From positions 1 to 32,000 of the forward strand of contig MKSO01000001.1 in assembly GCA_001897305.1 (NCBI GenBank): a DNA stretch of 32,000 nt, written 5' to 3'. Under the pieces are notes generated by a model, which did no database searches, had not been told where the DNA came from, and was given only the letters and a program-made list of their open reading frames with translations. Source of the stretch: Candidatus Saccharimonadota bacterium. GTDB lineage: Bacteria > Patescibacteriota > Saccharimonadia > Saccharimonadales > Saccharimonadaceae. The position numbers and the translations under genes are program-made. This document shows, one piece after another, positions 16,850 through 24,151 of this stretch (position 1 is its first letter; every line of letters begins with the position of its first letter).

Positions 16850-16902
16850 TACCCTACTATTAACAAGGTGAAAGAAATATAAAGAAAGGACTCATAATAA
16901 CA

Positions 16903-18003
16903 ATGGAACTCTCAATTACACAAGAAAACTTTGCTAGAGCCCTTTCATCTGTTGGACGAGTAGCTAGTTCAAAGACACAATTACCTATACTAAGTAACAT
17001 TCTTCTTAGAACAGATGGTAATCGCTTACTTGTTGCCGCAACCAACTTAGAGATTGCTACAACGCAGTATATAGGTGCAAAAATTGTAAAACCTGGTTCA
17101 ATTACTGTTCCAGCCCGTCTTATTTCAGAATTTGTCTCTAGTCTTCCTAAATCTACTATTGAACTAAAAGTTGTGGGAGAAAATATCCACATTAGTAGTG
17201 GAAAATATAAATCTATTATCAATGGGGTGGTAGCTGATGAATTCCCTGAACTCCCTACAATTAACGAGAATAACTCAGTAAGCTATTCAATAAACACTGA
17301 AGAATTTAAGCAAGCCGTTTCGCAGACAGTTATTACTGCAAGCTCAGATTCTACCCGCCCTGTACTTACCGGTGTCTATTGGCACTCACACGAAGGTTGG
17401 ATTTACCTTGCGGCCACAGATGGCTACCGCTTATCGGAACGCCGACTTGTTGAAACTAAGAGTGAAGTAGCAGCTATTATCCCTACACAAACCCTTCAAG
17501 AAGTATTGCGAACAATTGTGGATGACTCAGAGACTATAGATGTACTATTCGATGAAAGCCAAGTTCGTTTCCGTATTAATGATGCGGAAGTAATTAGTCG
17601 CCTCATTGATGGTAATTTCCCTGACTATCGCCAACTCATTCCTGCTCAGTCTGATATTACCGCGACAATGAATAAAACCGAATTCACCCGCGTAACAAAG
17701 ATAGCCGGTTTATTTGCCCGTGAATCAGGTGGAAGTGTGACAGTAACAATCGATAGTGATAAAAAAAGTGTCTCACTCCACTCTATTGCATCTGAATTAG
17801 GTGAAAACACTTCTGAGCTTGAGGCTGAAATTGTCGGTGACGGCCAAGTAACGCTCAATTCACGATACTTAACCGAGGCACTTGGAGTAATTGATGCCGA
17901 GACAATTTCATTCAGCTTTAGTGGTAAACTCTCGCCTGTTATTTTGCAATCTACTGCTAAAGATACGAATTACTATCACGTTATTATGCCCCTTAAAAGC
18001 TAA
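16903..18003 (+). CDS. dnaN: DNA polymerase III beta sliding clamp
   Basis: 366-aa ORF immediately downstream of dnaA. The sequence is typical of DnaN (LATDGYRLS, NFPDYRQLIP, and the C-terminal MPLK ending). Confidence 0.95.
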   Translation: MELSITQENFARALSSVGRVASSKTQLPILSNILLRTDGNRLLVAATNLEIATTQYIGAKIVKPGSITVPARLISEFVSSLPKSTIELKVVGENIHISSGKYKSIINGVVADEFPELPTINENNSVSYSINTEEFKQAVSQTVITASSDSTRPVLTGVYWHSHEGWIYLAATDGYRLSERRLVETKSEVAAIIPTQTLQEVLRTIVDDSETIDVLFDESQVRFRINDAEVISRLIDGNFPDYRQLIPAQSDITATMNKTEFTRVTKIAGLFARESGGSVTVTIDSDKKSVSLHSIASELGENTSELEAEIVGDGQVTLNSRYLTEALGVIDAETISFSFSGKLSPVILQSTAKDTNYYHVIMPLKS

Positions 18004-18014
18004 AAGGGAAATAT

Positions 18015-19055
18015 ATGACCGCGGTCAAACGACTCAAAGTAGCCCATATTCGCTCTCACGACGAGTATAGACTAGACCTTTCCCCGGAAGTAACGATTAT
18101 TACCGGTGCTAATGGTAGTGGAAAGACGAGTTTGCTTGAAGCGGTATATATAAGCCTGCAAGGCGGTTCTTTTAGAGGGAGTGATGGCGATATCCTTCAA
18201 AAAGAAAGCCCTTGGTGGCGTATTGACGTTACATTAGATGATGACCAAGAGCGTGTTATTAAATTTGACCCAACCAAAACTACTAGTCGTAAGCAGTTTA
18301 CAATCGATAATAAAACAACTGCTCGTATACCGGCTAAATTAAAACATCCAGTAGTATTATTTGAGCCTGAAGACCTGCGCTTGCTTCACGGCTCCCCTGC
18401 TCGTCGTCGCCAATTTATCGATCGCTTTATTACCCAATTAAATCCTCTTTACGGCACTTCACTGCGTAAATACGAACGAGCTCTTAAACAACGCAATAAC
18501 CTACTCAAAAGCGCTCATATAAGTGATGACCAGCTCTTTGCGTGGAATGTCGCCTTGGCTGAACACGGTAGCTATATTATTGAGCAGCGCATCGCTTTTA
18601 TTGAACAAATAAACCAGAATCTGGCTGAACTTTACAGGTCTATTGCTGGTACGCACGATGACGTATCAATTCATTACTCACACACCTATATTGGCGATAT
18701 TAAGCAAAAGTTATTAAATGACCTCCATCTTCATCTTGAACGTGACCGTTATCTTGGGAGTACTTCCGTTGGTCCTCACCGACACGATGTGTTGTTTGAA
18801 ATTAACACCTCCCCTGCCCTATCTGTTGCCTCTCGTGGTGAAGCACGTACAATCGTGTTAGCTTTGAAGTTTTTGGAAGTCGATATTATTGAACAACTTA
18901 CCGATAAAACACCTATTATCCTACTCGACGACGTCTTCTCTGAATTAGATGCCAGTCGTCAGCAATTACTTACCAGCCAATTAAAAGGCCACCAAATTAT
19001 TATTACTTCCGCAACAAGCCATGCGGGTGAACACTTACGCCACGTTAAGCTTTAA
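18015..19055 (+). CDS. recF: DNA replication and repair protein RecF
   Basis: 346-aa ORF. Walker A is ITGANGSGKTSLLEAV, the SMC-type signature region is present, and Walker B is ILLLDDVFSELD. It follows the dnaA-dnaN-recF order. Confidence 0.9.
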   Translation: MTAVKRLKVAHIRSHDEYRLDLSPEVTIITGANGSGKTSLLEAVYISLQGGSFRGSDGDILQKESPWWRIDVTLDDDQERVIKFDPTKTTSRKQFTIDNKTTARIPAKLKHPVVLFEPEDLRLLHGSPARRRQFIDRFITQLNPLYGTSLRKYERALKQRNNLLKSAHISDDQLFAWNVALAEHGSYIIEQRIAFIEQINQNLAELYRSIAGTHDDVSIHYSHTYIGDIKQKLLNDLHLHLERDRYLGSTSVGPHRHDVLFEINTSPALSVASRGEARTIVLALKFLEVDIIEQLTDKTPIILLDDVFSELDASRQQLLTSQLKGHQIIITSATSHAGEHLRHVKL

Positions 19056-19681
19056 CGGCCACCGTAGTGATATTCAATAGTATAATCGTCGGGGTTGAAG
19101 CCAAGTGAACGGATTTTTTCTAGAGCTTTTATTTTACCCGTGCCCTCCTGGTCGTAATAAACAACCGAGATGCCCTTAAGATCGTTTGTTTTTGCGGCAA
19201 TAATATAATCTGAAGTATTAAGCGGTAGGTACGCTTGAAGAACAGGTTTTGTATTAATCTGATCAGAGAATGATAAACACTCCCCTGTATTACATGTAAC
19301 TGATATATCACCATTAATAACACCATTATCTATTGTTTGAAGTTTTATTTTCCACGATACATCGCTATTATTTAGCTTAACTATAAATTCAGAAAACCAA
19401 GACGTCGATGAGTAGGTATATGAACCATCGGCAATAGTCGCATGGTAGACACTTTCGCTCGGGTCTTTAATAAATCTATAAAGGTAATTACCCAGATTGC
19501 CGAATGAGTCTGAAGAGATGTGATCTGTGTATTTAGAATAGTTATCAATAACAACCGTTTCTTTTGATTTTTGAGTTCCCGGCCCCTTATTTACGACTAA
19601 TGCAACAACAATGAGGGTGACACATAGTGCTATAAAAACAACTGTAGAGAGAATAATTATTTTTCTGGTTCGTGTATCCAT
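19052..19681 (-). CDS. Bitopic membrane protein (N-terminal TM anchor plus ~170-aa external domain), last gene of the T4SS-like operon; function unknown
   Basis: 209-aa ORF. A single hydrophobic helix, IIILSTVVFIALCVTLIVVALVV, follows a short basic N-terminus. It starts 1 nt after the hydrolase gene's stop. Its stop overlaps the recF stop (shared TTAA). Confidence 0.65.
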   Translation of the reverse strand: MDTRTRKIIILSTVVFIALCVTLIVVALVVNKGPGTQKSKETVVIDNYSKYTDHISSDSFGNLGNYLYRFIKDPSESVYHATIADGSYTYSSTSWFSEFIVKLNNSDVSWKIKLQTIDNGVINGDISVTCNTGECLSFSDQINTKPVLQAYLPLNTSDYIIAAKTNDLKGISVVYYDQEGTGKIKALEKIRSLGFNPDDYTIEYHYGGR

Positions 19682-19682
19682 A

Positions 19683-21059
19683 CTAGTTACCTATAAATTT
19701 AGCCATCTTTTTTGCCATTTCTCCAGCAATAGAGCTATCCTTTGGCGTCGCCATATTATTATATACGTAGCCATTATGGCTATTCTTGAATGCTTCAAAC
19801 GAAGGGAATTGATACACAGCTACGCGATGACCTGAATTATAAGTAAACTCTTTTGTGGAGCCAGGTACACTCCCGCTCCAGTTTGTTTCAAGACTTATAA
19901 GTGAGCCGTCCGTCCCGACTCCGACAATTGTTCCTGTGTGGCCAGGTTCGCCCGATATACTACCATCTCCAAATGACCATATTGAGAATGGCTGAATGTT
20001 AGATCCATCAGGTTTTGCGTTTGCGTAAACATCGAAATTAATAGCGGTTAATGTATTCGCAACATTAACACCATCCGGTATACCAGGTACTGCAAATGGT
20101 TGCGGTGCGGTTGTAACGGCCATCCAAGCCGCACCGGCCGTACAATACCCACTATCCCAATCACAATAAAAGCCGCTTTTTATAGAGTCACCACCACAGT
20201 AAATAGTACTCCAGTCGTCAGATAACTTCTTTGCCACAATCACTGCTTGATCCCAACTTAGTCCACCACCACTCACGCCACACCTAGAACTAGTGCTACC
20301 ACTCGCCCCGCCGCTATATTTCTCTAAGAAACCCTTAGCATTGTCGATACGATGAGTGAGCACTCCATGTCCAGGAATACGATCTGCCTCAGTAGGAACA
20401 TCACCCGACCTTTCTATGAGTGCGTGAAATACCATAGTTGAGCCATTTCCAGCCTGTGACTCTGACCTATTGTTGTTGAAAGATCCCCAGAAACTCGCTT
20501 TAGTGGTATCCCCCTCTACGGTTGTCTCGGCATTTACCTGTTCTTGCCAAGTCATTGCCCCGTACTCACCATCCCACAAGTAGTTTAATTGGAATAATAG
20601 AGCGGCATCATTATCGGATAGGTTTACTCCAGCGGCTGCAGCGGCACTCTCGAGTTTAGTTCGTCGATCATACGACCACTGAATAATCCCAAGACCAACC
20701 CCATTACTCTCAACCGCAGAGGCTCTAAAACCACTTTCGGCTTCAATATTCCCCATCGTCCCAGCGGCTGCTACTGGTGTTAAACCCCGGGCTGTGAAAT
20801 AATTCCAGGCTTTCTCTTCGTTATCGGCGCCAGTTAATGAAGTAGGTGCTGGGCCGGTTAAGTTACCACCAGCAGCAGAACAGACTGACCCACTACAGGG
20901 GTCATAAAAGAAGACGTCATTATTACTATAGAAATCTTTATCACACTTTTTAGCATAAGTATCTTGGGTGCTAGTAAGAGGAATAGAGGAAATGATAAAA
21001 ACAAGGCTAAAAATAGCTACAACAAAGGGTTTAATAGTCATTTTTATGGTGTGCTTCAT
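19683..21059 (-). CDS. Secreted or membrane-anchored peptidoglycan hydrolase: phage-tail-lysozyme-like domain plus C-terminal CHAP-like domain
   Basis: The motif AAAGTMGNIEAESGF...GLGIIQWSYDRR..L matches the 'phage tail lysozyme' family pattern. The C-terminus has a Cys...His pair in CHAP-like context (YCTAGAAWM ... EPGHTGTIVGV). The N-terminus carries a signal or anchor sequence. I place the start at ATG 21059 (458 aa), 5 nt after an AGGAG Shine-Dalgarno, rather than at the track's 21095. Confidence 0.8.
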   Translation of the reverse strand: MKHTIKMTIKPFVVAIFSLVFIISSIPLTSTQDTYAKKCDKDFYSNNDVFFYDPCSGSVCSAAGGNLTGPAPTSLTGADNEEKAWNYFTARGLTPVAAAGTMGNIEAESGFRASAVESNGVGLGIIQWSYDRRTKLESAAAAAGVNLSDNDAALLFQLNYLWDGEYGAMTWQEQVNAETTVEGDTTKASFWGSFNNNRSESQAGNGSTMVFHALIERSGDVPTEADRIPGHGVLTHRIDNAKGFLEKYSGGASGSTSSRCGVSGGGLSWDQAVIVAKKLSDDWSTIYCGGDSIKSGFYCDWDSGYCTAGAAWMAVTTAPQPFAVPGIPDGVNVANTLTAINFDVYANAKPDGSNIQPFSIWSFGDGSISGEPGHTGTIVGVGTDGSLISLETNWSGSVPGSTKEFTYNSGHRVAVYQFPSFEAFKNSHNGYVYNNMATPKDSSIAGEMAKKMAKFIGN

Positions 21060-21067
21060 CTCTACTC

Positions 21068-24000
21068 CTATTGTCCACTTGCCGACCAGTGCCATGGCTC
21101 AACCTCGTAATTATAAAAACCATATTGAGCTGCATTTGCCTGTAACCATTTATAAGCTTTATATTGAGCACCACCGATTCGACTACATTCCGACTCTGCA
21201 TTTGCGGCTGATCCCCATCCGGTTACACTATCGGCGCCAGCGCGACAGATGGTATCTTCACCAACCACCCCAATATCCGCTGCAACCCCTGTGGTGTGTT
21301 GAGATACATACCCATTACTAAATTCTAAACGTAACCCGTCTTTCAGTTCAAGGTTGACACCCTCACTGCGAGCAGTATCCATCATATTCATAATATTCGT
21401 TGAAACAACCGATGCTAATAAACTACTTCCGTTTTTGTGATCACCAGTGTAGTAAGGGATTTGACAGGTTCGTATTATTGCGCCTGTTGCAGGGCTATTG
21501 TTACTATCGGCTGTGATTGTAAACGCACCATTAGCTTCAGGTGTTCTGGCATCGCAGGCGTACTTTGAGTAGTCAACTCCTGGTGCTAATGTCCAGCCAT
21601 TCTTTGCACTTATTGCTCCATCGGGAGCACTGGTTGAGGGTGTGGTACTAGCGGCTTTATCTTCGTCGTCGTTGCCGCTTAGCATATTTTCAATTTGGTG
21701 ATCCATGTAATAAATACGCTGAGCTGCGCTTTGTTGGGCGCTACGATCACCCTCAACAGTTACGGTTGAAGAATTAGACTTATCATTCTTTGACTTATCT
21801 TTATCATCATTCGCAGCACAGTTCGAACCTTCATTTCCACATGTCGAGACGGTATCAGCTACAGTGGTGCTCGAAGACTCTACTGTACAGCCACTTATTG
21901 TCTCGAGGTCAGCATCTGCGCATTCTGATATTGTCGTGGAGAGCTCGGAATTTTTACCTAGCCCAAAGTTATCAAGGAGTGCATTTGGTTCGTAGGCTTC
22001 ACCGGTGTTTGGGTCTACTTGATCAGAAACAAGGTCGTACGCCGTATCTGGAGCCATATCTAAATATTCGGCAGGCATGCCAACCGCAGGTGTCCCAGCA
22101 ATAGTTACTGCAATATCGTCATCAATACCTAACATAGAGGCGTACCCATATTTAGCTTCAACTGGATCAATATCTGCTGATACTGAATTACCCAGCATAC
22201 TAAATGGTGAACTAAGAATTGATCCTATAGTTTTAAGGCTAGATGATATCATATTAGTTGAACCGGCTGTACTGATAGCAAGTTTAGACACTATACTTCC
22301 AAGGAAAGTGTATTGGCTTGATGTATCAAACGGACTGAGCGTGGCTATATCCTCTTCTTTATACTCATTATTAACGTCATCCATTGCAACCTTAAAGCCC
22401 TTTACTTGGCTTTTCTTTAACACAGCACCACCGCCACCAAGCGCCGTTAGTGAGAATGCTGCGAATAAGCCAACACCAAGTGCATCTCCAAGCTCGATAC
22501 CCTGTGCGTCGCCATATATATCGCCCAATGCATTTACTGCAAGGTCGTAAGCGCCGTTACCTATCGCATCGACTACACCCGTCTGTTCAAGTAGATTCAT
22601 AAGTCCATCGATGGCACCGAAGGTAATCGCAACCTTACCAACTGCCTGAAGAGCCTTTAGTGCCGCTGCGCCGATACCACCACTGGCCGCGCCGATTGCA
22701 GCGGTGATACCTGCGGATGCTATAGCTGCTTGTGGGCTATTAATGAGGTTACACGTTTCTTTTGTGCTAGCATTTAACTTCGAAGCTCCCTGTATAAAAT
22801 CTGTACTATACATTGAATATCCGGGAATATACTTGCTTGGTTTAAGTATAGAACCTGTACCGGCGCCGATTGCGGCGAGTAATATTGGTGAATCAAGTGC
22901 TGATTTCGTATCTTCTGCACCATCAACCTTATATTCATCCGTTAGAGATTTACCAAGAGCCGATACTTGTTCTGGCTTAGCGTCACCACTTCGTATCATT
23001 CCTCCAGCCGAGAGTATGAAGCCACTCGCTAATCCCACGGCTTGTGCTAATTGGATAGCTCGCTGAGTACCAGCAACAAAGGTTGGGATTCCAATCATCA
23101 TACATGCTCCAGATCCAATAGCAAGGATAGGATCTCCACCAGTCTTTTTTACCTTATCGGCACTCCGCTTTAATAATAGACGAACCCTATCTTTAAAAGT
23201 TTTCTTGACAGCTCCTTCTGATGTATCAGCCGCACCAACTTTTGTCGCTTCCGAAACCTTTTCTTTAACGTTGCTTTCTTTGAAGTCAGTATCAGCAGCT
23301 TTACCACCATCCTTCTTCATCCCCCACTTATCCATAATGCCCTTAATAAAGCGACCAGAATATGACAGATAACGCATATTATAGGCGGTCTTAAATAACT
23401 TTCTGAAAGCTGGGTTAGACTTATATTCGTTTACAAACTCGGATGCTGGTATGATTTTTTCGGTTGAGCCATTTGTAAATTTGTAATGGGTTGGATTTTC
23501 GGTCATATATCCGGTTCCCTTAATATCGACCGGATCCCCGCTTGCATTCACAGCTACGATTCCTTTGCCATCTTTAGCCATAGACTGTAGCATAATTTTC
23601 GGCATCTTTTTGTCGCGGCAAAGTGACAGCTTTGTATCGCAAGGCCCAGAGTCACTCATCTTAAGCTTAAGCTTCGCAATAAGACGCCGCTCCAGCATGG
23701 TGCCGCGACTATCGTTTTCGGCAGTTGCCCCTTGCTCGAGGCTTGGTATGAGCATCGTTGGCAGCCATCCGCCAAGAAGAAAGATGATAATTCCAATAAT
23801 TCCACCAACCCCGAGTATTGGGGATGACCGCTTAAGGTTAGCAACCGAAAGAAATTTAATTTTTGGCTTAGAACTTTCTGGAGTAGTGTTATCCTGCCAA
23901 GGGGTAGCCGGGGATCCTTCTGACTCTGCTTTTCGAGCTTTCTCTATGTTTTTATCTTCTTCTGAGCTATCGGCATTTTCCTGAAAGTTTCGCTCAAAAT

Positions 24001-24118
24001 CATCCATATTAATCGTGCCGCGCTGCTCGGAACCTAAAAGCTGGTCAGCGGCTTGCTGACTGCGGTTTAACTCTTCGTCCTGCTTCTGATCACCAGGTGT
24101 AAAAGTGGAAGTGGGCAT
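21068..24118 (-). CDS. Large polytopic membrane protein with a C-terminal M15 (VanY/LAS-type) zinc peptidase domain
   Basis: 1016-aa ORF. An acidic N-terminus is followed by TM segments such as ILGVGGIIGIIIFLLGGWLPTMLI and by Gly/Ala-rich hydrophobic segments around residues 330-560. The C-terminus carries SQHTTGVAAD (S-x-H-x-x-G-x-A-x-D) and EPWHW (E-x-x-H), the M15B signature. A GGAAGG Shine-Dalgarno lies 5 nt upstream. Confidence 0.8.
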   Translation of the reverse strand: MPTSTFTPGDQKQDEELNRSQQAADQLLGSEQRGTINMDDFERNFQENADSSEEDKNIEKARKAESEGSPATPWQDNTTPESSKPKIKFLSVANLKRSSPILGVGGIIGIIIFLLGGWLPTMLIPSLEQGATAENDSRGTMLERRLIAKLKLKMSDSGPCDTKLSLCRDKKMPKIMLQSMAKDGKGIVAVNASGDPVDIKGTGYMTENPTHYKFTNGSTEKIIPASEFVNEYKSNPAFRKLFKTAYNMRYLSYSGRFIKGIMDKWGMKKDGGKAADTDFKESNVKEKVSEATKVGAADTSEGAVKKTFKDRVRLLLKRSADKVKKTGGDPILAIGSGACMMIGIPTFVAGTQRAIQLAQAVGLASGFILSAGGMIRSGDAKPEQVSALGKSLTDEYKVDGAEDTKSALDSPILLAAIGAGTGSILKPSKYIPGYSMYSTDFIQGASKLNASTKETCNLINSPQAAIASAGITAAIGAASGGIGAAALKALQAVGKVAITFGAIDGLMNLLEQTGVVDAIGNGAYDLAVNALGDIYGDAQGIELGDALGVGLFAAFSLTALGGGGAVLKKSQVKGFKVAMDDVNNEYKEEDIATLSPFDTSSQYTFLGSIVSKLAISTAGSTNMISSSLKTIGSILSSPFSMLGNSVSADIDPVEAKYGYASMLGIDDDIAVTIAGTPAVGMPAEYLDMAPDTAYDLVSDQVDPNTGEAYEPNALLDNFGLGKNSELSTTISECADADLETISGCTVESSSTTVADTVSTCGNEGSNCAANDDKDKSKNDKSNSSTVTVEGDRSAQQSAAQRIYYMDHQIENMLSGNDDEDKAASTTPSTSAPDGAISAKNGWTLAPGVDYSKYACDARTPEANGAFTITADSNNSPATGAIIRTCQIPYYTGDHKNGSSLLASVVSTNIMNMMDTARSEGVNLELKDGLRLEFSNGYVSQHTTGVAADIGVVGEDTICRAGADSVTGWGSAANAESECSRIGGAQYKAYKWLQANAAQYGFYNYEVEPWHWSASGQ

Positions 24119-24151
24119 ATATACCTTCCATTATACCCCTAAAGGGGCCTT

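Noticed and set aside
16589-16882. 97-aa ORF spanning the dnaA 3' end and the dnaA-dnaN spacer
   Set aside because: It overlaps the dnaA coding end, has no SD and covers the DnaA-box-like repeats and the AT-rich segment. It is far better explained as a non-coding origin region.
21060-21095. Long start (21095) for the lysozyme/CHAP gene, overlapping the M15 gene by 28 nt
   Set aside because: The ATG at 21059 is preceded by AGGAG at ideal spacing and begins directly with a signal-anchor sequence (MKHTIKMTIKPFVVAIF...). The extension adds 12 non-signal residues.
21790-23984. Plus-strand ORFs of 104-157 aa (21790-22104, 22077-22550, 22704-23066, 23565-23984) antisense to the 1016-aa gene
   Set aside because: They lie entirely inside a long minus-strand ORF that has recognisable motifs. 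Their translations are low-complexity (Ser/Pro/Ala/Leu-rich), as expected from reading Gly/Ala-rich codons on the opposite strand. They have no SD or promoter context.
1960-24118. Impression that the glycan operon is more AT-rich than the T4SS block (possible different origins)
   Set aside because: This rests on eye inspection and two hand-counted 60-nt lines (21/60 G+C at 7981-8040 versus 33/60 at 22621-22680), which are not representative samples. It needs a proper sliding-window GC and k-mer computation before any claim.
24130-24147. TATAAT (minus strand, 24130-24135) and a CCCC/GGGG mini-hairpin between the VirB4-like gene and the 1016-aa gene, considered as an internal promoter or terminator
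   Set aside because: The hexamer sits 11 nt from the ATG, so a TSS would fall inside or after the good GGAAGG SD that is 5 nt from the ATG. The 4-bp stem is too short. Simple polycistronic read-through with SD-led initiation is the more economical reading.
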